Below, in pieces: positions 10,359 through 22,817 of a stretch of 64,000 nt of DNA. Origin of the DNA: Malacoraja senta (lineage: Eukaryota); the NCBI GenBank assembly GCA_038087875.1, contig JAXLNO010000675.1, positions 1 through 64,000 of the forward strand, in the 5' to 3' direction. A model generated the notes under the pieces. That model had not been told where the DNA came from and made no database searches. It was given only the letters and a program-made list of their open reading frames with translations. Numbering within the stretch: position 1 is the stretch's first letter; each line of letters begins with the position of its first letter. The position numbers and the translations under genes are program-made.

Positions 10359-13300
10359 CTATATTTGTAATAATTCTATAAATGCAGACCACGTCAGGTG
10401 GAAGTGATCTGGTTTACCTGCTAGGAGGAGTCTTATCTCTTCTAGGTGTAATGTTTCGAACATATTTGAAGTCCACATATTTATAGTTGGTATTGGAGCC
10501 TTCTTCCAAAATTTTATAATTAGCTTTTTTCCAGTTATTGACCCATAGTCCATTAGTTTCTTTTGAAAAACATTTAGCTCTGGGCGATCTTCCGTTATTC
10601 CGAAGATAATCCATTCTGCTTTGGGTATCAGTCTTATTTTAAATAACTTTGTAAAGATTTCAAAAATTTCATTCCAAAATTTTTGAATTTTTGTACAGAA
10701 AACGAATGAGTGCGCTATAGTAGCTTCTTGGGATTGACATTTATCACAAATAGATGATACATTTGGGAAAATTTTATGAATTTTAGTTTTCGAATAATAT
10801 AATCAATGTAAAATTTTAAATTGTATTAAAGTGTGTCTTACATTAATCGAACATTTATGCACGTTTAATAAGTGTTGATTCCAACTTTCCTTTGAAATTT
10901 TAATAGCTAACTCTTGTTCCCAGTCTCTTCTGATACCCTCCGTAGATGGTATTTGTACATTAAAGATAATATTATACAAATATGATATTAAATTTGCTGA
11001 TTCAGCTTTTATCTGCATTGCCTCATCCAATACATCTACTGGGTTATTATAATGATCTTTTGTATATTTTTTCAAATAGTCGCATATTTGAAAATATTTA
11101 AAATATTGATTATTTCCGAGTTTATATTTTATTTGTAATTGTTGAAATGAAAGTAATTTTCCAGTTTCATACAAGTCACCAAGCGTTTTAATTCCTGGTC
11201 TATCCCAATGTGTAAAAGCTTTATCTATAATAGAGGGATTAAACGAAGGGTTATTAACTATAGGTAATAAAAGTGATAAATTTCTTAATTTTAAATTATG
11301 TTTTATTTGTTTCCAAATTCGGATTGTACTATGAATAATTGGGTTCTTATTATAATTTATGTTATTCAATTTCATTGTAGAAAGGAGGATCGCTCCAATG
11401 TTTCCCGAGGAGCAATCCTCTTTCTCCATTACAATCCAGTCCACTAGCTGTGCGGAGTTATCCATCAGTTGAATCATATTTTTAATATTTACTGACCAAT
11501 AATAATACATAAAGTTAGGTAGTGCTAAACCCCCTAATACTTTAGGTTTATTCAGATGAGTTTTTTGTATTCTATGTGATTTATAGTCCCATATAAAATT
11601 AGTGATATCTGAGTCGAGTTTTTTAAAAAACTTCTTTGGTAAGTATATAGGAATCGATTGAAATAGGTATAAAATTTGTGGTAGAAAGATCATTTTTATT
11701 GCGTTTATTCGGCCTATTAAAGACATCGGGAGCGTTTTCCAGAAATTAATTAGTGTGTTTAATTTATTAAGTAGGGGGTCAAAATTTGCCCCAAACATAC
11801 CTTGATATGTTCTGGTAATTTCGATTCCCAAGTATTTAAATTTTTCTGTAGCTATTTTAAAAGGGAATTTTAAAAGATGTGTTGAATCTTTCGGTTTTAT
11901 TGACATAATTTCACTTTTATTCCAATTTATTCTATATCCAGAAAAAGATCCAAAGTCTTCAATTAAATTTAATATATTTGGTATAGTGATTTGAGGTTTT
12001 GTAATGTACAGTAATATATCATCCGCGTATAAAGATATTTTATTATATGAGTCTTTAGTATTATATCCATGGATATCAGGGTGTATTCTAATTTTTTCTG
12101 CTAGCGGTTCAATAATGAGAGCAAACAGCTGTGGTGATAATGAGCATCCTTGTCTATTTTCCCTTGATAGTTGGAATTTCGAGGATAATATGTTATTAGT
12201 TAGTATTCTAGCTGTAGGTTTGTTATATAGTAACTTGATCCATAGAATAAAATTCTCCCCCAGTTGGAATTTTTGTAATACTTTATCCATATAATTCCAT
12301 TCTACTTGATCAAATGCTTTTTCAGCATCCAGCGAAATAATTGATAATTCTTGATCTTCAGATTTGTGTGAGTGCATTATGTTGAGTAGACGTCTCATAT
12401 TGTTAGATGAGTATCTTTTAGGGATAAACCCCGTCTGATCTGGGTTTATTAATTCACTAATGTATTTACTTAATCTTCTAGCAAATGTTTTCGCTAATAT
12501 TTTTTGATCTGTGTTTAACAATGCTATAGCTCTATATGAACCAGGTTCTTCTAACTCTTTGTTTTTCTTAGGTATTAGTGTAATCATTGATTCCGCTAAT
12601 GTATCAGGTAGTATTCGTTTTTTATAAGCATATTGGTACATTTTTTGTAATCTTGGTATTATTTTATCATAAAAGCTTTTATAAAATTCATTAGTAAATC
12701 CATCAGGGCCTGGTGTTTTTCCATTCTTTAGTGAGTTTATTGTATCTTCTAATTCCTTAATTGAGATTTGTGCACCCAATTCCTCTTGTTCCTTCAGCTC
12801 TAACTTTGGAAGATTACAGTTATCCAAAAACGTTGTGATATTATTGGAATCAATTGACGTTTTAGATGTATACAAATTCTCATAAAATTGCGCAAATCTT
12901 TTATTAATATCCTTCGGTGTTGTTAATAATTCCCCTTTATCTGATTTGATCTTTGGTATAGTATGTTCCTTTTCTCGTTTTTTTAGCTGGCGAGCCAAAA
13001 GTTTATGCGGTTTATCCCCAAATTCAAAGTGCTCTTGTTTTGTAATTTGAAAAAAAGTCTTATAAGTTTGGCAGATAATAATTTATTTAATTTAAATTTC
13101 AAAATTATTATTTTATTATGTTTATCTATTGATGGATCTTTAGCATTATCTATATCCATTTGTCTAATAAGTTCTTCTAACTGTCTTTGTTCATTCTTAT
13201 TCTTTTTATTTTGAAAAGCTTGATATGAAATTATATTACCCCTAATGTATGCTTTAAAAGATTCCCATAATACAGTAGGCGATAGTTCTGGAGTATCATT

Positions 13301-14152
13301 TATTTGAAAAAAGACCTCCATTTGTTCTTTTAAATATATACTCGCTTGTGGATCTTTTAGAATTTGAGAATTAAATCTCCAAAACGATTTATTCTTAAAC
13401 ATTCCTTCCAGTTTTAAAAAGAAAGTTAGTGGAGAATGGTCTGAAATCGAGTTTGTGTGGTATATTGCATTAGATGTTTGGGGGATTAATTTTGTATCCA
13501 GCAGAAAGTAGTCTATACGTGAGTATGTCTTATGTACCATTGAATAAAACGAGTATTCCCTGCCAGTTGGATTAACAATTCTCCAAACATCTGCTATATT
13601 AGGATTGTTTATATAGGTATTGAGAAGTTCCCCGGTTTTCGATTTCATATTCCCTCTCTGTTTTTGGCTTGATTTATCTAAGTACGGATCTAAAACACAT
13701 TTAAAGTCTCCTCCTATTATAACATTTTGATAGTTAGACTCTGCAATTATGTTGAAAATTTTATTGAAAAAGTGGGGGTTATCAAAGTTAGGGGCATATA
13801 TATTTACCAAGGTAAGTGGAGTATCATGGATTTCTCCATTAACTATTAGGTATCTCCCTTCTATATCTGTTATGATATTCTTTGCTTTAAATGGTATACC
13901 TTTTCTTATAATGATTGACGTGCCTCTAGATTTTGAAGTAAATGAAGAATGGTATGTTTGACCTATCCATTTCGCCCTCAACCTAACTTGATCCTGAGAT
14001 TTTAAGTGTGTTTCTTGTAGGAAGGTAATGTCGGAGTTGTACAGTTTCAGATGTGTTAGTATCTTACCCCTTTTAATAGGTTCGTTAATACCACTTATAT
14101 TCCAACTACAAAATGAGATGCCTCCTAGGTTCTTTTGTTTGGTGTCATGCAT
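10359..14152 (-). pseudogene. L1 ORF2 (APE endonuclease, RT, zinc knuckle), frameshifted
   Basis: ORFs 12983-14152 (endonuclease), 10803-12998 (RT, LYADD) and 10359-10553 (C-terminus) in different frames. Confidence 0.93.
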
Positions 14153-14986
14153 TTTGAATAATTATAGTACCTTTAAATCTTGTGGTGCATCCATATCCCA
14201 GGTCTTTGGGTATTGGGGGAACTTTTGAGTTTTTAAGTTTTGTTGGTATGTCCATTTGACGCTTATCACTAAACACAAAACACAAACATGTGATTTTATG
14301 TGATAAAAAAAAACTAAAAAAGTGAAAATACAGTGTCTGATATAGTCGGCACTATAGCGAGTGTCCCACCTGTAGGTGGGGAAAAGACCTTGTTTTGACT
14401 TCCATTGCGTTGTTACACAAATAGCTCCGCTCTCTTGGTTAATCATAACATATTAAAAATATTAAAACGGGGCCTCACATTCAGATATATAATACATTTT
14501 TACCCTGGATATTTCATTATAACATATATATATATCGGAATTTTAACTACTAATTATTAAACCGATAATTTTGACTTCAATAAGAATCAACTGTTGGTTG
14601 AAGGGGTTACCGAGACGTGCCCCTGGGCCTAAGCCAGGTGCTAGTTTCTCATCCCCTCCTCCCACTTATAGATAAGGTTTCAATTTATTAAAAATTCATT
14701 TTAGTATGTTAGTTCGTTATTTTTTATTTTTGTTTTTGTTAGTATTCTAATCTAACATGCATAACTTATTAAGTTGTTAATAGGATAAGTTCTTACAATT
14801 GGTTATAATATTATAATCTAATAAGCAAGTAAATGCTTCTGGTAGATACCATTCCCATCTGTTCAGCTGTTTACTCGTTTTGAACAGAAAGTGTCCTTGA
14901 TTCAACATTCCAAAGATAACAGTCTAACTATCCCCAGACAAAGCATTGCTTAGAATGGTTCAGATCTGCAAACCCCCCTTTTATTT

Positions 14987-16092
14987 CTATTTTTCAACGA
15001 TAGTTTGGGCATATTTAAACGCGTCTTCAGGCTTAACAAATGACTTTTCAAAACCCTTAAAGGAAATACGCATTTTCGCGGGGTAAAAAATCCCATATCT
15101 GATCCCTTCTTTCCCTCTTAAAAGATCCTTAACCTTCTCGAATTTGTTTCTTTTTTGCACAATTTCATACGGGTAGTCCCTGAATATCTTAATAGTGTCA
15201 TTGTCCAGCCGCAGTTGCACACCGTATTTGATTTTGCTCATAACATCTTCCAGTTCTAAAATATCCCGAAATTTCACAATAATATGTCGTGGATGAGTTT
15301 TTCCCGCACCAGATCTTTGTTTAAATCTTGGGACACGATGAGCCACTTCGATTTTCGGTTCTTTGGAAAGATTAAGCAGCTGTTTAAACAAGCCCATGGC
15401 AAACTCACGCACATCCTCCCCCTCGGCTCCCTCTGAGACTCCAAGAATTCTCAAATTCTGGCGTCTAGAGCGAGCTTCCAGGTCCAGGCATTTTTCTGAA
15501 ACTTTACTGAGTTGAGTCACCATCTGTAGTGAAGTTTGTTCAATTTCTCGCCTCATTTGCTCATGTTCTTGCCTCATTTTCGCCATGTCTTCAACCACTC
15601 GAGCCGTGTTTTCTCCAATTCCGTAATTGTGCGCATACTTGCAGCTACTGTTTCAAGCACAGCCGTGAACGTGTCCGTAGTAATTTCATCCATCTTGTCC
15701 ATTCTCTCTGATAGTCCATCTTTCACCTCATCAATTCGTTTATTCATAATGTCCAGTCAATCAATCATATTCTTCTGATTACCAGCATTTAAATCCCACA
15801 TCATCTTCTCCATTCCTTCCATCATTTTTGCCATATTTTCCTTCATATCTTCCTTCATATTTTCCTTCATATTTTCCATCATAATTTTATTTTCGTCCAA
15901 AATCCCATCTTTCATATTTTTCACTGATTTCTTCAAGTCATCAAACTCTTTCTTAGATCTTGTATCCATTTCTGCAGCCACTTCAGAGACTTCAGAGACT
16001 TCAGAGGTAACTTCTGCTTCAGGCTTTTTCTGGTCTCTCAGCAGCTTTTTCACTGATCTCTGAGGGCTCACAGCTGGAGGCGGTTTACTCAT
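14987..16092 (-). pseudogene. L1 ORF1 (coiled coil + RRM/CTD), frameshifted
   Basis: Met/Lys/Glu-rich coiled coil at 15757-16092, then DLEARSRRQNLRILGVSEG, AHRV, PRHIIVKF and YPAKMRI at 14987-15598. Confidence 0.9.
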
Positions 16093-16286
16093 TTAAAGGG
16101 CTTTAAACCACCGTTTAAAACATCGCGCTTAATGATGACGTCATCAGCGCGGCGACCAGAGGCTCCGGTAAGGTTTTTAAAAACAATCCCGATTTCTGGA
16201 CCCGTTTTACACGATAAATCGTGAAATTATTCGGGAGAGGAGTTAGGTGCACGTCTGTTAGTCCAACATGGCGCCACCGGAAGTCC

Positions 16287-18399
16287 GAAATGGAGGACAT
16301 TTAAAGGTGAAATTTTAAGAGTACAGAATCTTTATGTACCTATTCGGTTGAAAGGAAATAGTAAAAATTGGAAAGAGCCATGGTTTTCAAGGGAAATTGG
16401 ACACTTGGTTCGGAAAAAGAGAGAGATCTACAACAATTATAGGCAGCATGGAGTAAATGAGGTGCTTGAGGAGTATAAAGAATGTAAAAAGAATATTAAG
16501 AAAGAAATTACAAAAGCTAAAAGAAAATATGAGGTTGCTTTGGCAAGTAAGGTGAAAGTAAATCCAAAGGGTTTCTACAGCTATATTAATAGTAAAAGGA
16601 TAACAAGGAATAAAATTTGTCCATTAGAGAGTCAGAGTGGACAGCTATCTGCAGAGCCAAAAGAGATGGGGGAGATACTGAACAATTTCTTTTCTTCGGT
16701 ATTCACCAAGGAGAAGGATATGGAATTATCTGAGGTAAGGGAAACAAGCAGAGTAGCAATGGACATTATGAGATTCAAAGAAGAGGAGGTGCGGACACTT
16801 TTGAAAAATATGAAAACGGATAAGTCTCCAGGTCCTGACAGGATATTCCCGAGGACATTGTGTGAAGGTAGTGTAGAAATAGCAGGGGGTATGACAGAAA
16901 TATTTCAAATGTCATTAGAAACGGGAATAGTGCCGGAGGATTGCGTACTGCGCATGTGGTTCCGTTGTTTAAAAAGGGTTCTAAGAGTAAACCTAGCAAT
17001 TATAGACCTGTTAGTTTGACGTCAGTGGTGGGCAAATTAATGGAAAGGATACTTAAAGATAATATATATAAGCATCTGGATAAGCAGGGTCTGATTAGGA
17101 ACAGTCAACATGGATTTGTGCCTGGAAGGTCATGTTTGACTAATCTTCTAGAATTTTTCGAAGAGGTTACTAGGGAAATTGATGAGGGTAAAGCACTGGA
17201 TGTTGTCTATATGGACTTCAGTAAGGCCTTTGACAAGGTTCCTCATGGAAGGTTGGTTAAGAAGATTCAATTGTTGGGTATTAATGGTGGAGTAGCAAGA
17301 TGGATTCAACAGTGGCTGAATGGGAGATGCCAGAGAGTAATGGTGGATGGCTGTTTGTCAGGTTGGAGGCCGGTGACTAGTGGGGTGCCTCAGGAGTCTG
17401 TGTTGGGTCCACTGTTGTTTGTCATGTACATCAATGATCTGGATGATGGTGTGGAAAATTGGATTAGTAAGTATGCAGATGATACTAAGATAGGTGGTGT
17501 GGTGGATAATGAAGTAGATTTTCAAAGACTACAGAGAAATTTAGGCCATTTGGAAGAGTGGGCTGAAAGATGGCAGATGGAGTTTAATGCTGATAAATGT
17601 GAGGTACTACATCTCGGCAGGACAAATCAAAATAGGACGTACATGGTAAATGGTAGAGAATTGAGGAATGCAGTTGAACAGAGGGATCTAGGAATAACTG
17701 TGCATAGTTCCCTGAAGGTGGAATCTCATGTAGATACGGTGGTAAAGAAAGCTTTTGGGGTGCTGGCCTTTATAAATCAGAGCATTGAATATAGAAGTTG
17801 AGATGTAATGTTAAAATTGTACAAGGCATCGGTGAGGCCAATTCTGGAGTATGGAGTACAATTTTGGTCGGCTAATTATAGGAAGGATGTCAACAAAATA
17901 GAGAGAGTACAGAGGAGATTTACTAGAATGTTGCCTGGGTTTCAGCAACTAAGTTACAGAGAAAGGTTGAACAAGTTAGGTCTTTATTCTTTGGAGCGCA
18001 GAAGGTTAAGAGGGGACTTGATAGAGGTCTTTAAAATTATGAGCGGGTTAGACAGAGTTGACGTGGATAAGCTTTTTCCATTGAGAGTAGGGAAGACTCA
18101 AACAAGGGGACATGACTCGAGGATTAAGGGACATAAGTTTAGGGGTAACATTAGGGGGAACTTCTTTACTCAGAGAGTGGTAGCTGTGTGGAATGAGCTT
18201 CCAGTGGAAATGGTGGAGGCTGGTTCGATTGTATCCTTTAAAAATAGATTGGATGGGTATATGGACGGGAAAGGAATGGAGGGTTTTGGTCTGAGTGCAG
18301 GTGGCTGGGACTAGGGGGAAGTATTGATTAAAAATTTAAAAAATTAAAATGTTCGGCACGGACTTGAAGGGTAATGGTTATATGGTTATATGGTTATAT
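16287..18399 (+). mobile_element. 5'-truncated CR1-clade LINE (RT region) with (ATGGTTAT)n tail
   Basis: KSPGPD, NYRPVSLTS, QHGF..GRSCLTNL, DFSKAFD, KYADD, RRRLRGDLI, FFTQRVV..WN.LP; 8-mer tandem tail at ~18375-18399. Confidence 0.93.
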
Positions 18400-18511
18400 A
18401 CTTTGAGAGTCTAAAAGAACTATCCACTGACTGAGGGCACTTGATTGTAGTTGGGGATCTGCCTTTATTTATGTTTTACTTTTATTTATTTACTTATTCT
18501 TGCTTAGACAA

Positions 18512-19383
18512 GATTCAAGATTCAAGATTCAAGATATTTTATTAGTCACATTCACATACACCCGGGTGTAGTGAAGTGAAATGCGTTTTGCCATTTTCAG
18601 CACACAAAAAAGAGAAGAGAATACAGACACAACACCAATATAGTCTTAACACTGAACATCCCCCCACAATGGCTCCCACCATGAGGGAAGGCACAAAGTC
18701 CAGTCCCCAACCCCAGTTCACCCATAGTCGGGCCCATTGAGGCCTCCACAGTTGCCTCTACGGAGGCCCGATATTTCAGGCCGTTCTCGCCGGGTGATGT
18801 TGTTCCGGCGTCGGGAGAGTCCTCCCAGCGGCCTGGGAACCCTGGAACGGCCGCTTCCGCACTGGGGGCCGCGGCTTCCGAAGCCAACTAGGCCGCGCCA
18901 GTTGGAGCTCCACAACTGGCGCTCTCATCTAGAGATCCCAGGCTCCCGGTGTAAAGTTCAGCGCCGCCGCCCGCAGCTGGTCGCTCCACAGTCCCGCAGA
19001 TCCGCGATGTTTTCTCCAGCGATCCTCAGCTCACCGGAGCTCCAGCGCGGCGACCCGGGCAAGGCACCGCCCGCTCCGCGATAGCGCTCCAGCGCTGTGC
19101 CGCCACCGAAGCCGAGGTTCTGGGCGGTCCCCGACAGGAAACGCCCCTCCAGGCCCGCTGGTAGGCCGCGAGGACGGGTCGAAGTTGCAGCCCGGAGAAA
19201 AGCTGCCTCTCCGGCCAGGTAGGGACCCTGAAAGGTAGTTTCCCCCTTCCCCCCCCACCCACCCCCCACACAAAAAGTCTAGACCTCCAAATCAAAACAC
19301 TTTACTGACTAAAATAAAAAATAAAGGTGAAAGGACAGACAGCTGTTGGCTGGGCAGCCGCACACATGTCAGCGACCCCTAGT
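18512..19383 (-). mobile_element. GC-rich non-autonomous retroposon with (ATCTTGA)n tail and 8-bp TSD TTAGACAA
   Basis: TTAGACAA at 18504-18511 and 19384-19391. On the - strand it ends AATAAAA followed by 7-mer repeats. No recognisable coding motif. Confidence 0.7.
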
Positions 19384-19699
19384 TTAGACAAATGTTGATT
19401 ACCTCACAGGACGGTTGATGCATAATGAATGAGTGTATTCTGAACCATCTGACATGTTGTGGGTATGTATGGGCCTGCGCCTTGGAAGAATGTAGAGGTA
19501 TTGTTGTCCAAATGTGCATCTGTATTTGTGATATGTATTGTGAACACAACAGCTGCCAATGGGTGTTCGGGGAGAGTGGTTGAGGGTAACTTTGTTGTTA
19601 TATATAAAAAATAAAATGGAGGGAAATGTAATGCATTACGTCAGCTGTATTGTATCTTTCCTTATTAAAATAAACAAAATATTTTTTTTTTTAAATAAG

Positions 19700-19939
19700 C
19701 TGCTAAAAGTGTGCCTTTGGTTTGAAAATGCTAAAGTGTGCCTTTGCTTTGACAATGCTAAAAGTGTGCCTTTGCTTTGACAATGCTAAAGCCGCGTTGC
19801 CTTATTGAAAAGTGCACTTGAGCTCGGCGGCTTTGCGCCCTGCCTGAAGTGGCATGAAACTGCACTTGTGCATGGAGGCCTTGCACCCTGCCTGAAGTTG
19901 TATTTCAAGGAATAGCCGTGAGTCAACTGCCAGCCCACC
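19700..19939 (+). repeat. Fragment of the Helitron-like/minisatellite repeat family, with ~3 copies of a ~29-bp unit
   Basis: GCTAAA(A)GTGTGCCTTTG repeats; 19878-19939 matches 44151-44213 and the reverse complement of ~21315-21380. Confidence 0.65.
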
Positions 19940-20448
19940 TATCACCATTCACTGCCTTAATATCCGCACTACACAGGGTCGGGCTCTTGGCAGTGGTTGT
20001 TAAAGGTGAGTAGGTTGCACACCAATTGAACCAAAGCATGATGTTTATGTCCACATATTACTGTAATATGGTCTCCACACCTAGTCTGGGGCATTACAAA
20101 TTGAATTTCTGTCTCTCCACTTTGATCTAAATGGAGACAAATCCAAACACTATAAAAAATCAATATGTTCAATTTACATATTCGATTCACACTGCACCAT
20201 TCAACCCGTCGTTAGTATATCTCCATCGGTGCATTTCAACCATAATCTACAAATCTATTCAGTCCACAGTTTTGTTGTCATTTTCATCAGTTCCCTCTGA
20301 TTTTCTCTGATTATCAAATATGGTCTCGTTGGGCCGCTCATTTCACCCTGGTGCATGCATATTGGAATCCTGCAAAGAGACAGAAACAGATCAGCAAACC
20401 ACCGATAGTGTTATGTTTCTCCTTTATGGTTTACACTACTTCAGCTGT

Positions 20449-20598
20449 CTAATGTTTCCATTGAGCAGTCCGCAGCATATCCACCAAAGCACATGCTTCT
20501 CTTGCTACTTTAAAATGGTGTTGTTCCACATACCTGGCAGAGAGGACTACGCGTTCTAGAACGATTGTAACCATAACCTGATCTCCATCTTTTGACAT
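20449..20598 (-). pseudogene. ERV-like integrase C-terminal remnant (copy 1)
   Basis: GDQVMVTIVLERVVLSARYVEQ...WKH resembles the GD.V.V...L.PRW.GP...W.H integrase C-terminal pattern. Confidence 0.55.
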
Positions 20599-20599
20599 T

Positions 20600-21070
20600 G
20601 AAAGGCGTGAACGCAGGGAGGGGGTAGGTACGTGCGACTGGGACGGTGTAGCCATTAACGAACCCTGGTTAAGAGAAGGGCAGCACTGGAGGCTTCATGT
20701 TGCAGGGTACAGGTGTTTTAGGAGGGACAGAGGTGGGTGTAAAAGAGGAGGTGATGTTGCGTTATTCATGAAGGAGGATATCACGGCAATAGCCAGCGTT
20801 GACATTAGTGACGGGTAGTCCAGTGAGGCTATGTTGGTTGAACTGAAAAACAAGAAATGTTTTCCATTCTTGCCAATGCACTGTGGCCCTGGAAAATAGT
20901 CAACGGGAATTAGGAGAGCCAATATGCCGGGAGATTGCAGGCAGTTGTTCGTCTAAATGGCTGTCGCAGTAGAGGATATTATGTTTCTCAATATTGACTG
21001 GGCATTTAACAGTGGAAAAGGTTTATACAGGGCAGAATCTGTTAAATGTTTGCAGGACAGATTCGTCTCA
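20600..21070 (+). mobile_element. Old CR1 endonuclease fragment (paralog at ~45940-46415)
   Basis: Degenerate AI.E.WL, R.DR....GG.VAL and FPNIDW segments. Confidence 0.65.
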
Positions 21071-21175
21071 CAATATATATATATATATAGCGAGACGAAA
21101 ACACAATATATAAAACACATATATGAAACACATATATAAAACATAATATATATATACACAATATACAATATACAA

Positions 21176-22093
21176 ATTCTGGAGCGCTCGTATGGGTGTT
21201 CTGGGCTGAAGGGACTGGTCTCCAGAGGGCTAGTATGAATATTGTGGGCCAAATGGGTTCTTAGAGTGGCAGCTCCGTCCCTCAAGCCGGATGTGCTGGC
21301 AGCTCACTCACGGCTGGTGGGCTGGCAGTTGACTCACGGCTATTCCTTGAAATTCCATTTCAAGCAGAGTGCAAGGCTACCAAATTCAAATCCAATTCCT
21401 ACCATTTCAAGCAGGGTGCAAGGCCACCAAATTCATGTGCAGTTTCATACCACTTCAAGCAGGGTGCAAGGCCACCAAATTCAGGTGCAGTTTCCTACCA
21501 CTTCAAGCAGGGTATAATGCCACCGAATTCAAGTGCAGTTTCCTACCACTTCAAGCAGGGTGCAAGGCCACCGAATTCAAGTGCAGTTTCATACCTCTTC
21601 AAGCAGGGTGCAAGGCCACCGTATTCAAGTGCAGTTTCATACCACTTCAAGCAGGATCCAAGTCCACCAAACTCAAGTGCAGTTTCATACCACTTCAAGC
21701 CGGGTGCAAGGCCACAAAATTCAAGTACAGTTTCATACCACTTTAAGCAGGGTGCAGGGCCACCAAATTCAAGTGCAGTTCCATACCATTTCAAGCAGTG
21801 TGCAAGGCCACCAAATTCAAGTGCAGTTGCATACCACTTCAAGCAGGGTGCAAGGCCACTAAATTCAAGTGCAGTTTCAAACCATTTCAAGCAGGGTGCA
21901 AGGCCACCAAATTCAAATGCAGTTTCATACCATTCCATGTAGGGTGCAAGGCCACCACTTTCAAATGCAGTTTCATACCATTTCATGCAGGGTGCAAGGC
22001 CACCACATTCAAATGCAGTTTCATACCAATTGAAGCAGGGTGACACCACCATAAAACCACCATAAAACCACACAAAACACCACACTCACAGTT
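21176..22093 (-). repeat. Helitron-like family member containing a 48-bp minisatellite (~14.5 copies, ~21355-22043)
   Basis: Unit CCACTTCAAGCAGGGTGCAAGGCCACCAAATTCAAGTGCAGTTTCATA; 21176-21380 is the reverse complement of ~44150-44357. Confidence 0.8.
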
Positions 22094-22817
22094 CATAGAA
22101 ACATAGAAATATTGAAAATAGGTGCAGGAGTAGGCCATTCGGCCCTTCGAGACTGCACCGCCATTCAATATGATCATGACTGATCATCCAACTCAGTATC
22201 CTGTACTTGCATTCTCTCCATACCCCCTGATCCCCTTAGACACAAGGGCCACATCTAACTCGCTCTTAAATATAGCCAATGAACTGGCCTCAACTATTTT
22301 CTGTGGCAGAGAATTCCACAGACTCACCACTCTCTGTGTGTAATTTTTTGTTCTCGTCTCGGTCCTAAAAGACTTCCCCTTGATCCTTAAACGGTGACCC
22401 CTTGGTCTGGACTTCCCCAACATCGGGAACTATCTTCCAGCATTTAGCCTGTGCAACCCCTTAAGAATTTTGTAAGTTTCGATAAGATTCCCCCTCAATC
22501 TTCTAAATTCTAGCGAGTACAATCCGAGTCTATCCAGTCTTTCTTCATATGAATGTCCTGCCATCGCAGGAATCATTCTGGTGAACCTTCTCTGAACTCC
22601 CTCTTTGGTAAGAATGTCTTTCCTCAGATTAGGAGACCAACACTGTACGCAATACTCCAGGTGTGGTCTCACCAAGGCCCTGTACAACTGCAGTAGAACC
22701 TCCCTGCTCCTACACTCAAATCCTTTTGCTATGAATGCTAACATACCATTCGTTTTCTTCACTGCCTGCTGCACCTGCATGCCTACTTTCAATGACTGGT
22801 GTACCATGACACCCAGG
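22094..22817 (-). mobile_element. CR1 3' end (RT C-terminus, 3' UTR, CATAGAAA tandem tail on + strand)
   Basis: LYRALVRPHLEYC and RRLRG.LIE motifs. The element continues at 24530. Confidence 0.9.

Larger units (their letters stand above)
10025..16286 (-). mobile_element. Near full-length decayed L1-clade LINE (copy B), lacking a visible poly(A) tail
   Basis: 5' end GGACTTCCGGTGGCGCCATG at ~16286, then ORF1, an ~830-bp spacer, ORF2 and a pyrimidine-rich 3' UTR. Confidence 0.93.

Noticed and set aside
21355..22043. Regularly spaced repeats resembling a CRISPR array or a repeat-protein gene
   Set aside because: Units are head-to-tail 48-mers with no unique spacers, there are no cas genes, and the context is eukaryotic. 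The ORFs arise only because the unit lacks stops.
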